Shown here piece after piece: positions 25,214 to 39,886 of a stretch of 64,000 nt of DNA. Within the stretch, counting starts at the first letter, position 1. The number at the start of each line of letters is the position of its first letter. A program made the translations under genes and the position numbers. The stretch is from Eledone cirrhosa (taxonomy: Eukaryota): contig OZ024743.1 of assembly GCA_964016885.1 (NCBI GenBank), positions 56,916,001-56,980,000 on the forward strand. Reading direction: 5' to 3'. The notes under the pieces are model-generated. The model saw only the letters and a list, made by a program, of their open reading frames with translations. It made no database searches and had not been told where the DNA came from.

Positions 25214-26965
25214 GTATGTTGCTGATTTTTTTTTTCTTTCTTCTTCACAATTTACTGACATACAAGTTTCTAAAATATCTTAACCCTTTAGCATTCAAAC
25301 TGGCTGTATCTGGCCAGAATTCTCTTGATATAAATAATATCAAAATCTCATAGATTTGATATTGCGTGAGGTAAAGTGTTTACTGTAAAAATATAATATC
25401 AAGTATAGAATGATATAAATGCTAAAGGGTTAAATAGTTCATTATAGTTTAGTGATGGACTAGATTATTAGATGACTTAAATATTCATCACAATTTACTG
25501 AAATACTAGTTTTTTAAATGTCTTAATTCTTTTGTAACCATATTTCTAATGGAAGACATTGCCTATAATGTCAAAATCATTTTTAAAATAATAAAAAATC
25601 TAGAGATTTATTGATATAACTTTTTCATTATTAATCTGGTGTTTGTAGCATAATATAACAAAAGTTCTTACATAAAATTATGATTTCTTTATTATTTATA
25701 TATAAATTATGATAGAAAGTTTGGTACCATAGAACTAAAGGTGGATTTAGGTAGGTTAGTATTTAATAGGTTAAATATTTTTCACAATTTACTGACATGT
25801 TTCTAAAATGACTTAGATATCCATTGCAATTTAATGAGATACTGGTTTCTAAAATGTCTTAACCTTTTCGTTGTCATATTTCTAATGGAAGACACTCCCT
25901 ATAATTTTCAAATCATTTTGAAAATAAATGAAGAATTTCATAAGATTTAGTAATGTGTCTTCTACTATAGCTTCAGATTGACCAATACCTGATGACTATG
26001 AAGGTATCAGGGGTTATCTCTCTTTCTTTTCATGACTAGAATTGCTAATTAAGCTAATGATTGTTACTCTTCCACACTTCTGTCATAATATTAATTAGCT
26101 GACCCTGTGGAAATTCCTTGATTTAATTAGAAACAACCACCAAGTATTAATGATCCAAATGACATTTTAAATGTTATTTTTATAAGTTATATATATATAT
26201 ATATAGATATATATAAAATGCTAGCGTGGAAAGTGGACGTTAAACGAAGATGATGATGATGATAAAATTGAAATATTGAGTTAAAAACTCTCAATAATCC
26301 CCTATAATCAAATAAGCTCAAGGAACAAATTCCGAGCTCTTTATAAAACAGTAAGGAGAGAAATACACATAAATATATATGCGTTTAATCATAGGATATA
26401 AAACCAACAGGGTGATGAACATATTTACTATGGGTGAAACTGAATACAAATTAATTAAACAAATAAATCAATGTGTACAATCCACCCATTATAACAATAA
26501 AAACCCAGACATGTTCAGAGAGTTGGATTCATAATTGTAAGGTTGTGAGTTTGATTTCCGGACTGGGTGATGTGTTATGTACTCGAACAAGACACTTTAT
26601 TTCACATTGCTCTTTCTGCAAGGAGTTGCGACTGGTAGACAGTATTAGCAATTGGAAAGACCAATGGAAGAATTGTTTCTTTGGTTTGATCTGATGAGTT
26701 CCATCACACTCTGTAAGCGAATGACGTCTGGTAGCTTGTCAATCCAGATCATTAAGTACTGTATGTAGTCCCCACTCTAATAATATAATTATTCAGGATT
26801 AAAAAAAAAGTGGTAGTGCTGCTGCCACCACTACCACTACCACCCCAGCCCCCCTCTCTCTCTCATAGATTAAACAGTAATTGCACATCACCATCGTTTT
26901 TACATCCGTGTTTTACATCCGTGTTTTACATCTGTATTTATTATTTTTATTATTATTTTTTGCAG

Positions 26966-27085
26966 GCAATGTCCAGTGTGTGTGAAGATAAAATGAAAAT
27001 GTGGTTGAAGAAAGATTTAAAGAGATCTGCTAGTCTAGATGGATTAACATCTTACCATACTTCCAGTAAAGCTATATTATCTTGA
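26966..27085 (+). CDS. CCNY: Cyclin Y terminal coding exon G (39 aa + TGA)
   Basis: ttttttgcAG acceptor. Reads AMSSVCEDKMKMWLKKDLKRSASLDGLTSYHTSSKAILS*, with the conserved KRSAS motif and AILS C-terminus (AIIS in human). Confidence 0.95.
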   Translation, partial: AMSSVCEDKMKMWLKKDLKRSASLDGLTSYHTSSKAILS

Positions 27086-27518
27086 CACCAAAACACTGGG
27101 CTGATTAATGGACTTGTAGAAACACCGCCAGTGTTTGGACCAGCATTATTTATTGTCTTTTCTAAATGGATCGAACGTCTGGTGCTAGGAACTGGTTGCT
27201 ACTGTTGCTGCCAAATATTCAGTTGGTCAACTGTCCAGTCTATTTCTGGTTATATACACTGTCCTTTCATTACATGAACTTTCAGTGAGCTGGGTTTGGT
27301 TGTAGTAGTATGATGGTCACATGTATTTTGTGTCATTTTTTGGTATATTATTGGCACTGATTATTATCCATTGATAACAACAACAGCAACAGCAGCTACT
27401 ATACTTATGATGTTTCCATGACGACATCAGAAGTACAGTCAGTGCCGGGCAAACTGGATAGGAATTTTTCACTTCAGAATAATCTGTGCATGTTGTTAAG
27501 AGGAGGCGCTAGTGTTTT

Positions 27519-27559
<41 letters not shown>

Positions 27560-27925
27560 GCAACTACATATCTTACATCCTGCATCCATCAATCATTCAT
27601 TCCATCTCAGTGGCTGCTTTTTTTGGTGGGGTGGGGGTGGGGTGGGGGTCATATGTCAGTTGTTTTGGCAAAGACATAAACTGATCCTTATTATTTTGTT
27701 GTTAACTAAGCTATGTGTGTATATACACGTGTGTGCATGTCATAGTCAGTATATATATATGTGTATATATATATATATACACATGCATGCACATGCACAC
27801 ACACATACTCTGGTTTCACTGTGTGCATATGTAAATACAACTTGGGACTTCCAAAGTGAAGTGTTGCTATTTGTGGATCAAATAATATAATCATTTTTGT
27901 TTTTGGTTAATTTTAATTGTGTACC

Positions 27926-27978
<53 letters not shown>

Positions 27979-28016
27979 GATATATAGATATATATATAGA
28001 TATATATACACATACA

Positions 28017-28237
28017 TATGAGTGGGTGCTGAAAAGTTCATGGCTTTGGGTAAAAGAAAATAGAAGAGGACCAATTAATTATGGTTTTATTCAACATATT
28101 CCCCTCTCAGATTCACACACTTATTGCAGTGGCCCTTCAGTATTTTCTAAGCCCTGTAAAGAGAACTTGAAAGGTTGGGCTTCCAACCAGGCCTCTGTAG
28201 CAGCTCAAAGCCAGGAACTTTTCAGCAGCCCCTCGTA
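28017..28237. mobile_element. Mariner-like MITE (copies at 63512-63707 and, degenerate, 21451-21591)
   Basis: TIRs ta(c/t)gag..ggtgctgaaaagttc.tggcttt / aaagccaggaacttttcagca.ccctcgta, TA ends, shared internal sequence. Confidence 0.85.
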
Positions 28238-28291
28238 TATATATATATACACATACACATATATACATGCTACATATATGCAGCTAGAATA

Positions 28292-28346
<55 letters not shown>

Positions 28347-28398
28347 TACACATATATACATACACATATATACATGCTACATATATGCAGCTAGAATA

Positions 28399-28454
<56 letters not shown>

Positions 28455-29404
28455 TAGTTGTACACTGAACACTTGGCTTCCATTCTGTACAACACACCCA
28501 GAATAGCTTTTGTTTTTTTGACCAGAATTGCTTTTCTAAATTTCATATTTCTGTGATTGTCAACTTGCACATTGCATGTGTGTGTGTCTGCATGTGTGTG
28601 TATATATCTATTTGTCTTTCCCCCTATGGCTCTGTGTATGTGTGTGTGTATGTCTTATTCTCCCTATGTTTATAATGTTGTATATATTTATAATTGTATA
28701 GTAAAAGCAAAGAAAAAAATGAGAGTATCTGGATGTTGCCTTGGAAATATTTATTAGTCCCAATATGCTCTGGATAAGTTATCCCATTTTCAATGGAGTT
28801 GATAAGGAACTTCAGAGAGTGGCATTAAACCTCCATATCATTTGTCTTCATGTTGGAATATGTATGCATATATATGTGTCTATGTATATTACATAGAAGT
28901 ATGTGTCTGTGTTATATATATATAGAATATATGCACACACACACACACATATATATATATACATACACACACACATACATATATATATATACATAAATAC
29001 ATACATGTATGTATATATATATATATATATACATAAATACATACATGTATGTATATATATATATATATACATACATACACACACATATTGTGTGTATCTA
29101 TTATGTCTTGCTTGGAAATGAGAACTTAAAATGATGATTGTGTGTGTGTGTGTGTGTGTGTGTGTTTTGTTTGCAAATCTAAGCAGAAACCACTGGTATA
29201 TCAGATGTAGTTTCAGTTATTTTCTACCCATGTCACCAATAATTTTTTCATTTGCATGACTGCTGCGTCTTAACCTATTGTCAACATTTGACTGTTTTAT
29301 TTGGCTGTCACCGTTTACTAACTAAACTTTGCTGTTAATACTGTTCACTGTTCACTAACTAAACTTTGCTGTCAATATTGTTTACCATTCATTAAGCCTT
29401 GCTG

Positions 29405-29780
29405 TGAATACTGTTCACTAACCTTGAGTCAATACTGTTCACTAACCTTGAGTCAATACTGTTCACTAACCTTGAGTCAATACTGTTCACTAACCTTGAG
29501 TCAATACTGTTCACTAACCTTGAGTCAATACTGTTCACTAACCTTGAGTCAATACTGTTCACTAACCATGAGTCAATACTGTTCACTAACCTTGAGTCAA
29601 TACTGTTCACTAACCTTGAGTCAATACTGTTCACTAACCTTGAGTCAATACTGTTCACTAACCTTGAGTCAATACTGTTCACTAACCTTGAGTCAATACT
29701 GTTCACTAACCTTGAGTCAATACTGTTCACTAACCTTGAGTCAATACTGTTCACTAACCTTGAGTCACTACTGTTCACCT
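29405..29780. repeat. 24-bp minisatellite (ctgttcactaaccttgagtcaata)n, ~15 copies
   Basis: Direct periodicity; explains the SIDSRLVN and SQYCSLTL repeat ORFs. Confidence 0.97.
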
Positions 29781-29944
29781 AATCTTGCTATCAGCACTGT
29801 TCACTGTTTTATTACCAGTTATTGTTCGTTGTTTATTTTGTTGTCAATGCTGCCCACTGTTCATTTGCCTTGCTGTCAAAATTAATTCACTGTCCTCTAA
29901 CCGTGCTGCCACCACTGTCCAGCTAACTTTTGTTTGCTAACAAA

Positions 29945-30685
29945 GTCACCACTGTCACCACTGTCAACTAACTTTGTCAACACCACTGTCCACTGACCCG
30001 TACTCTCACCACTGTCCACTACCCGTACTCTCACCACTGTCCACTACCCGTACTCTCACCCACTGTCAACTAACTGAACTGTTACCACTGTCAACTAACT
30101 GCTGTCACCACTGTCAATTAACCGTGTTGTCACCACTCTCTCAACTAACTACTGTCACCACTCTCAACTAACTACTGTCACCACTATCCATTAACTGTAG
30201 TGTCACCACTGTCCACTAACTTGTACTGTCACCACTGTCCACTAACTGTACTGTCACCACTGTCTACTAACCGTACTGACACCACTGTCCACTACCCATA
30301 CTGTCACCACTGTCAACTAACTGTACTGTCACCACTGTCAACTAACTGTACTGTCACCACTGTCAACTAACTGCTGTCACCACTGTCAACTAACTACTGT
30401 CACCACTGTCCACTAACTGTACTGTCACCACTGTCAACTAACTGTTCTGTCACCACTGTCCACTAACTGTACTGTCTGTACTGTCACCACTGTCCACTAA
30501 CTGTACTGTCACCACTGTCCACTAACTGTACTGTCACCACTGTCCACTAACTGTACTGTCACCACTGTCCACTAACTGTACTGTCACCACTGTCCACTAA
30601 TTGTACTGTCACCACTGTCCACTAACTGTACTGTCACCACTGTCCACTAACTGTACTGTCACCACTGTCCACTAACTGTGCTGTC
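29945..30685. repeat. ~25-bp minisatellite (ctgtcaccactgtccactaactgta)n, degenerate at its 5' end
   Basis: Direct periodicity, most homogeneous at 30480-30680. Confidence 0.92.
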
Positions 30686-30854
30686 AATGTCAACAATATT
30701 CCTGTTTTAAATTTTGTTTTTTCCCTCAGTTATCCTCATTAAACTATTTTTACAGCCAATATTTCAGTTGATTTATTTTTGTTTCTATTTCACAAGACTT
30801 TTCAGTTATTATTATTATTACTGTTGTTGTTATTATTATTACTGTTATTATAAA

Positions 30855-31880
30855 GGGTGGTGGATTGGCAGTATTGGTTGGGTGTCAGACAACCTGCATA
30901 GTTCAAATCCTGCTGAGGTTAGCTTTGTCTTTTATCCTTACGGGGGTTGATAAAATAAAGTACCAGTAATGCACAGGGAGCGATTTAATCACTTTCCCCT
31001 CCCCTCAGATTATTGGCCTTGTGCCTATAGTAGAAATCATTATTGGCAGTATCGGTAGAGGGTCGGATGCCGTACTTTGACGCATAGAGTTACGGCCCTT
31101 GCCATTCAGAGTTCAAAATCCCGCCGAGGTTAACTTTGCTTTCATCCTTACGGGGTCGATAAAATAAAGTACCAGTAATACACTGGGTAATTGCTGGCCT
31201 TGTGCCAAAGTAGAAACAATTATTATCATAAAGAGCGATGGATTGGTAATATTGGTAGAGAATCAGACAACATGCTTTGTCACATAGTTACGGCCTTTTA
31301 CGTTCTGATTTCAAATCCTACTGAAGTTAGCTTTTCCTTTTATCTTTACAGGGTCGATAAAATAAAGTACTAGTAATGCACTGTGGTCTATTTAATCAAC
31401 TTGCCCCTCCCCTCAAATTATTGGCCTTCTGCCTAAATCAGAAATTATCACTTATTAATAGTATCAGACAAAATGCTTTGCAGTATTTTGTTCCAACTCT
31501 CTGTTCGAGTTCAAATCCCACCAAGGTCAACTTTGCTTTTCATCCTTCCCAGAGTCGATAACATGATGTACCAGTAAATTACTGAAGTTGATACAAACGA
31601 CTTCTTCCACCCCCTCAAAACTACTGGTCTTGTGCCTATATTAGAAACAATATGATTGGCAGAGATGTTTGAGTGTTAAACAAATGTGTAGTAGTATTTG
31701 TTTTGGCCCATTACATTCTGAGTTGAAAAGTTGAAATCCTGCAGAGATTAACTTTGCCTTTAAACCATCTGAGGTCAATAAAATAAAATACTAGTCAAAT
31801 ATAATACAAGGGTCAATTTAATCAATTTCTCCTTCCCTCCAAATTGCTGGCCTTGTGCTTAAATCAGGAACCATTATTAT
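30855..31880 (+). mobile_element. Head-to-tail cluster of ~5 SINE copies
   Basis: Repeated gttcaaatcc...gtcgataaaataaagtacc...ggccttgtgcc blocks. Confidence 0.8.
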
Positions 31881-32880
31881 TATTATTATTATTATTTTAT
31901 TCCTTCTGACCTTTCCTTTTCCGCGTAACAATTTTTTTTTTAAATTTCACAGTTGCCCACATCTCTTATAATCAACAACACTCTAACGAACTGCTGTCTT
32001 AACGACCAGCTCCCTCGCTACCCCACTTCATCCCACCCTACCCCACTTCATCCCACCCTACCCCACTTCATCCCACCTCACCCCACACAGGTCATTCTAC
32101 CATTCATCTTTTTGACCTTCTTGATATCTTGCCTTTATTGCATCACTCCTCAATAAATATATTTCCCCCTTCGCCCTCTGCTCCCTCTTCCATTCCACCT
32201 CCTCAATAGCTTTCCTCTCCTTCATCTCTCTCTCCCTCTCTCCCTCCCTCCCCTTACTCATTGTTTCACTTCTTACCCTAACCCTCACTGTTCATTATTT
32301 TTATGAAAAGAAACAATAGCTCTCCACTCATTATTATCATTATTATTTTTATTATCATGTATTGGCAGAATTGTTAAAATGTTGGATAAAATGGTTTGTG
32401 GCTGTGGCATTTCTTCTACATCTTTACATCTGAGTTCAAATCCTGCCGAAATTAAGTTTGCCTTTCATTCTTTGAGGTCGATAAATAAAATACCAGTGAA
32501 ATACTGGGGTTGATGTAATCAACTTTCTCCTCCCAAATCTCTGGCATTGTGCCTAAAGTAGAAACAATTATTATTATTATTAAAGAAATAATAATAATAA
32601 TTGTTATTATACATTCATTCATCTAACCCATGCAAGTGTGGAAAAATGGATGCTAAACGATGATGATATATCATTTTCCTTTTTCTCATCTTATATCACA
32701 AATCACTTGTTTTTAACCCATTGGCTTTGTCCCTTGTCTCCTTCAATATTTCTTCTTTGTCTGCCTGTCCTCTATGTATGTCAATTTGTCTCTGTCTGTC
32801 TATCTGCCTGTCTCTATGTATGTCAATTTGTCTCTGTCTGTCTATCTGCCTCTCTCTGTCTCTAGCTATTTCTGACTGTT

Positions 32881-32959
<79 letters not shown>

Positions 32960-33449
32960 TCTCTCTCTCTCAACAAACAAATAAAATATTACACATTTTA
33001 TAATGATTTGATTTTTTTAAAAATTAATATTTACTATTTTTGTGCAAAAAAAAAAAGTTTCTTTTTCTTTAGTTAAAAAAAAAATTAAAGGTAATTTACT
33101 TCTGCTTTATTTTGTGCTCTTCCATGCCCATCACCTATCATCAATCAGTGTTGTCATCTCCATCACTCCACATGCTACAAGTTTGATCCTAACTCTCTTA
33201 ACTATCAGATACATTTTGTACAAGTGAAAAAAAAAACACAAACAACAAAGCAAACAAACAGAACCTGTTGGCTTCTAGTTATAAAAAGAAATAATTGAAT
33301 AATTGCAAAAAAAAAAAAAAAAAAAAAAAGAAAAAAAATAGAAAGTGAACAGTGGTTAATTAATGGCTTTTAGTGACTGTTTAAATAATAAAAAACAAAA
33401 CAAAACAAAGAAACGAAAATAACATAAAAATAAAGTAGGAAAAAACCAG

Positions 33450-33850
33450 ACTGTGATGAATATGTCAGAACGATCGCGAATATAAATGGCCGAAATGGGG
33501 TTCCTCCCAAGGGTCTTTGAAGTAACATTACTCAATAGAGTACGTAGCTTGGAGATCAGGGAGTCACTCCAGATAGAGCTGCAACTTCTCCGAATTGAGA
33601 GATCACAGATCCGATATTATGACCATGTGGTAAGAATGTCTCGGGGGGGGGGGGGGGAATTGCTGGACAGATTTTATGGGCAAAAACCAACTAGCAGGAG
33701 ACCCAGGGGTAAACCTTGAGCAAGATGGTTGGATAACATCCATGAGCTTGGCTGGTCTAGCCGGATCAGTTGGAGATGGTTGCTTCTGACAGGACCTGCT
33801 TGAAAGAGTGAGGACTGCCCCCACGACCCTCTCAGGAATAAGTGGGCAAA
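33450..33850 (+). mobile_element. RTE-type LINE 3' fragment
   Basis: AEMGFL..., IRESLQIE.QLLRIERSQIRYYDHVVRM, RRPRGKP motifs. Confidence 0.75.
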
Positions 33851-34129
33851 GAAGAAGACTGTGATGAAATACCTCCGGCAGTTAATGTGTTAACTTTTCA
33901 AAGTGTTGTTTTAGTCAGTGATAAAGACCTAGTTAGGAGACATGTCAAATTTATGCAACCCTATCAAGGATTTATCAGATTCTATATTAAAAAAAAACAA
34001 ACAAAAAACATTGCTGACATTTCATTGGTTAATCCCTAGATAGGAAGAAGGAAGTTAAGGCAGTAAATGAAGACACCCATGTTGAATTTGTGTATGTTTC
34101 ATATATTTTATTTTAATTTATTGGTGCTG

Positions 34130-34660
34130 CAATGAAATGCACCTAGTACACTTTGTAATGTGTTACTTTTGGTACCACACTAAAATGCACCCAGTACACT
34201 CGGTAAAGTATTTGTGCTGGTGCCATGAAAAAACATGTCACTACACTTTGAAAAGTGTTAATGTCAATGCCATAATAACACTCATCCAGTACACTCTGTA
34301 AAGTGTTAGTGCTGGTGCCATGATAAAATACATCCAGTACACTCTGTAAAGTGTTAGTGCTGGTGCCATGATAAAATACATCCAGTACACTCTGTAAAGT
34401 GTTAGTGCTGGTTCCATGATAAAATACATCTAGTCCACACCAAAATTTATCCAGGGCCATGATAATATATATATCCAGTGCTGATTCCATGATTAAATAC
34501 ACCCAGTTCAACCTGTAGGCTGGTTGGTGTTAGGAAGGGTGTCCAGCCATAGAAACCATGTCAAATATGGTATGTATAAGCAAGATGAGGCCTTGCTGGC
34601 CAGTCTAGTCTCAGATTTTGACAACCCATTTAGCCCTATGGAAAGCAGATGTAAAATGAT
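34130..34660 (+). repeat. SINE-derived element with a short expansion of ~48-bp subrepeats related to the 46-bp satellite
   Basis: gtgctggtgccatgataaaatacatccagtacactctgtaaagtgtta units followed by the ggttggtgttaggaaggg tail. Confidence 0.75.
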
Positions 34661-37600
34661 GGGGATCTGTGCATATATCATCCATGCATGGGTCCTTAAC
34701 CTCTGATGAGATCATTGGGATGCTGTCCTGGGCATTTAAACCTGATGGAATCCATCCTTCTCCAGGTATAAATACAGACAATTTCTGAGAGAGAATGGGA
34801 TAATTGACCTTAATACTGAACTAATACTTTATTGATAACCATGTGCAGTGCATTTGATTAAAACAACAACCAGTAGGTTAGTCCTCCCAACACTTGAATC
34901 ACCAACTTCCCACTATATTCTATTTCCAATGAATTTTAGTTAATTCATATTCAGGCTTGTTTTCCATGATCCAAATTAGTTATTAACCCTTTCATTACCA
35001 CATTTCTAACAAAAGACACTATCTATGATTTTGAAAATAATCAAGAATTTGGAGGAATTTAGTAATATAACTTTTTCATTATTAATTAAGCTGAAGTTGA
35101 TCGTAACTTACAAGTTTTTAGATAAAACTATGATGAATGGGTGTTTTTTTTTAAAAATATAAATAAATTAACTCTTTCATTGCTATATTTCTAATGGAAG
35201 ACGCTGTTTATGATTATTAAGATGATTGAAACATAAATGTTCTTACATAAAATCATAAAGGAAGGTTTTTACATACATATAAATATTTTAAAATAAAGAG
35301 CTTTGTATCATGGAGAGTTTCAGGTGGTTTGATATCAAAAGATTTAATGGTTTCTAATTTAGATACAAAGCCAACAATTTCTTGTGGGAGGGAGAAGTAA
35401 AGTGATTAAATTGATACTGACATTTGATAGATACTTATTTTATCAATCCCAGAAGGATGAAAGGCAAAGTTGACCTTGGTGAAATATAAACTCATTGTGC
35501 AGAGAACCAGAATGAATATTGCAAAGCATTCTACCTGTTAATGGAGGTGTGTGGCCTAGTGGTAAGGGTGTTGTGGGTCCATTCCTGGGCTGGGTTGTGT
35601 GTTGTGTTCTTTAGCAAAAAAATTCTTTTCACGTTGCTCCAGTATATTCAACTGAAAATGAGTAGCAGTAATAGCTGGGGGCTTAACCCTGCAATGGACT
35701 GGCGTTCTGTCCAAGGGGGAGTCTTATACTCTCAGTTGCTTCACACCACAAAACCGGGATAAGCACCAGCCTGATGAGACTCAGTGCTTGAAAGTCTATT
35801 TTACCTGCATTGGCTCTGCCAATTTGTTGCTTTCTATATATCATATGGTGCCAATTAAAAATATATTAAACTATTTTATTAAGCGTACACAAATTAAATG
35901 CATGTCTATAAAATGCACCCAGTACACCCTGTAAAATGGCAGTGCTGGTAGCACAATAAACTGCACCGAATACTTTCTTTAAAGGGGTTGGCATTAAGAA
36001 GGGTATCTAAACATAGAAACCATGCCAAAATCTGGAACATATGAGCAAGATATTTTCACTTAATCTAATCTCTGAATGTGAGAAGCCAGAATGGAAAATG
36101 GACATAAAGCAGTGATGACGATGGTGTCTTAATTTACTGCTTTAAAATTTTTGTTTTAGCAGTGGATGAACCAATTAAATGTCAGCAATTTCGAAAATGT
36201 GATTTTACACCCAATAAAAACTTTGTTCTCTGATGATATTTGAGGGTTCACACAATATTGAGCATTTCTTCTAGATATTTCTCTCTCATCCCCTGTGATA
36301 CCATCATTATATTCCATCATTTAGTTAATTTATTCTAGTCTATCATTGCTTTCTATAAATCTTACCTGTCATTACTGGTCTGTATTCTATCCTCTTCCCC
36401 TCACGTGACCAGTTCCGATCAGTTAACGGGTTTCATAATTTTTTTTTCTTCTTCCAAAGTCAATTTCGTTTTAATTCTTCTTCCAGACACTCCATGTTAA
36501 CAACAATCTTTCTATCTTCAATAAAAATTGTTCACTTTTGTGTCTTCTCTGTTTTCTTGTTACCATATTTTTAATTAAATACACTGTATTTGAATTGATT
36601 AATGAAGAATTTGGAGGGATTTTCTAAAATTATATATTATTTCATTATTAAGATTGTATCTATAACATAACTTAAAAGATACAACAACCAGTACAGGCAA
36701 GGCAATACTAAATATAAATGTAGTGTTCCCTTTTTAGTCTACAGTGGAATCAACGTAAGGTAGAGAGGACATTCTGGTGTGGTCAAGGACCTGATAACTT
36801 CTTTAATGTAGAGTAGAGAAGATCCTCTGGTCTTGTTAAAGGCCTGACAATCTCCTTTAAAGTTGGATAGAGAGGTTTGATATCCTCTCTAATGCACTCA
36901 TTACACTAAAGTGGTAGTGCAGGTGTCGCTAAAATGCATCCAGTATGCATGTAAAGTGGTAGTGTTGGTGCCACAATAAAATGCTCCCTTCCGACACTGA
37001 AAGCAGATATAAATTGATAATGATCAACTTTGCTTTTCATCTTTTTTAGAGACAATGAATAAAATTCCAATCATGTATTAGAGTCGATCTTTCTCTCTCT
37101 GGAAGAAATTGGCTGTGGTCAAACCTGGAGAGGGATGGACACTGGCAGTTTAAATTCTCTTTAATAAAGATGATCTCGCCCTCACTGCAGCATCAAACCA
37201 ACAGCATCTTTCAATGTGGAATGTAGAATGCGAACGATTATTTATTTTGTTAATTGATCGACGAAATCCCAGACTTCATTCGCTTACAGAGTGGGGTGTT
37301 TCCATTCTTTTTTTCATTGCTGATAATATCTACCAGTCGCAACTCCTGGCAGATAATAGAAGGCGAAAAAAAAAAAAAGTTATTCGTAGCATTAACATGC
37401 AGATTTGGGAATTTTTGAAATTATATTCTCAAACGTATAAGATTTCAAATAAAAAAAAATTCTCTTTTGTCATGACTGACCATGGGTTTACACGTGGAAA
37501 TTTCCTTTCTAAGTGGCAAACCTGGGCAAGGTGTTTTTGTGAAGACCAAATCTTGCTCATGCATGCAAATCACCTCTCTCCACACCACCGATGTCGTCCA

Positions 37601-38739
37601 AAGGAAAGGCAAAGACCAATACAGTTTGATATCAGTGTCATTGCAACATAAAATAAAGAGCCTTGGTTAAGGATACAACATGCCATCCCGTGGGGAATCG
37701 AACTCATAACAATACGATCGTGAGCAGCGTATAAGACCCTAACTATTAAGCCACAAACCTTCAAAAAGCTTCAAATATATATTTTTTTTTTACAAACATA
37801 TTTATAAGGGAGGTAATTCAAAATAAATTTAAAGTAATTTCTGTGATATATTATATTATTGAGTTGTCTCCCTTGTAAGCTTAACTTTAGTAACATAAAT
37901 ATTACTAAACTGCTAGAGAGAAATTGACTGCTGAATTGGCAGAGCCGTTAGAGCGTTCTGAGTTCAAATCCTGCTGAAGTCAAATACTGGGTCAATTTAA
38001 TCGACTTTCATTCCCCTTCTATTTACTTAAATTTGGTGTTATTAATCGTGTATACTAAGCCGATCCCTCGGACTTTTACAAAGTGCTGAGAAGATACAGT
38101 TAATATAAAGAATGATGTGCTCATGCATGGAGATGCTACCAAATAGCTTATAAAAACAGGGTGAAGACCCTTTAAAGATGGAAAAAGGAGTTGCTATCGG
38201 TCGCTATGGGGTATCGAACCCCATATCTCCCAGATGCAGCTGAAACTTCGCCCTGGCATAAACACAAAGTCTGTCACCCTCTCCCTTTCCCTCCTCTTTC
38301 TCCCGTTACCTAATAGACCTTGCTTTTTCTTTCCCTTTTTTCACACTTATAGCATTTATAGTCCTTTCCTTTACTTTCTTTTACAGTCAGATCTGCCCTT
38401 CTTTACCCTTTCCTCCTTGTTTTTTCATTACTTGATTAAAAAAAAAATTCCCTTATTGTATAACTCCTGTTTGTAAACATAGTTGACATAATAAGACCAT
38501 AGCTTAATAATTATATAAATGACAGATGACTTATCAGAATTATTAAAGAGTCAGAAAAAAAAAATGCTTCAAGGTATTTGTTGCAGTTCTTTAAATTCTC
38601 TCCTAGTGCGGTAAAACTTTTCCTTTCATTCTTTCGGGGTCGATAAAATAAAGTAGCAATCCAATACTGGAGTCGATTTAACCACCTCACCCACACACAC
38701 ACACACACACAATCAGAAATCATTATATATACGACTGAC

Positions 38740-39530
38740 ATTCCCGCCGAGGTTAACTTTGCCTTTCATCCTTACGGGGTCGATAAAATAAAGTACCAGT
38801 AATGCACTGGGATAATTGCTGGCCTTGTGCCAAAAAGTAGAAACAATTATTTACATAGGGCGGTGAACTGACAGAATCGGTAGAGCGTCGGACACCCTGC
38901 TTCGTAGCATAGAGTTACGTCCCTTTATGTTCTGAGTTCAAATCCCGCCGAGGTTAACTTTGCCTGTCATCCTTACGGGGTCGATAAAATAAAGTACTAG
39001 TAATACACTGGGATAATTGCTGGCCTTGTGCCGAAAGTAGAAACAATTATTTACATATACTTTGTAGCATAGAGTTATAGCCCTTTACGTTCTGAAGTTC
39101 AAATCCCACCGTTGTTAGCTTTTCCTTTCATCCTTACGGGGTCGATAAAATAAAGTACCAGTAATACACTGGGGTAATTGCTGGCCTTGTGCCAAAAGTA
39201 GAAACAATTATTTACATAAAAGGGTGGTGGATTGGCAGTATCGGTAGAGCGTTGGACAATATGCATTGTAGTATAGAGTTATGGTCCTTTACGTTCCGAG
39301 TTTAAATGCCGCCGAGGTTAACTTTGCCTTTCATCCTTACGGGGTCGATAAAATAAAGCACCAGTAACGCACTGGGGTCAATTTAATCGATAAAATAAAG
39401 CACCAGTAACGCACTGGGGTCAATTTAATCGATAAAATAAAGTACCAGTAACACACTGGAGTTGATTTAATTGACTTCGCCCTCACCCCAGAATTGTTGG
39501 TCTTGTGTCTAAATCAGAAACCATTATTTA
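38740..39530 (+). mobile_element. Tandem array of ~4 young SINE copies with an internal 39-bp duplication
   Basis: Near-identical repeats of cccgccgaggttaactttgcctttcatccttacggggtcgataaaataaagtacc. Confidence 0.85.
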
Positions 39531-39886
39531 CATAAAATATCAATTATAGGAACGTCGTTAGTAAATTAAAGTAAAGATAATATTTAAAGATAAATATGTC
39601 ATTATGGTTATTCAGACAAGCCTTTTCTTTATCGAAAATTGGCAGAATCTTCTGAGCATTGGATTAAATGTTTTGCGGAATTTCTTGGAGCACTCTGAGT
39701 TCTAATTCCGCTGAAGTAAACCTTGCATTGTATCGTTCCGGTGTCGATAAAATAAAGTACCAGTTAAGTCCTGGAGTCGATACAATCGACTTTTCCCTTC
39801 CTTTAAATTGCTGACCTTGTGCCAAAATTTGAAATTATTATATAGAGGACTGGTGAAGTTCTAGCGCCATAAACAATGTATTAATG

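Noticed and set aside
29392-29885. Repeat-peptide ORFs SIDSRLVN and SQYCSLTL
   Set aside because: By-products of a 24-bp minisatellite; no splice or domain context.
32975-33345. CCNY poly(A) site at the AATAAA and A-rich tract
   Set aside because: It is ~6 kb past the stop, AATAAA is common in this AT-rich DNA, and the A-run is genomic. It cannot be assigned without transcript data.
35765-35800. CTGATGA...GAAA motif (related CTGATGAGCC..GGCTC at 44940)
   Set aside because: It is part of a SINE 3' region; stems I and III do not form and the sister copy lacks GAAA.
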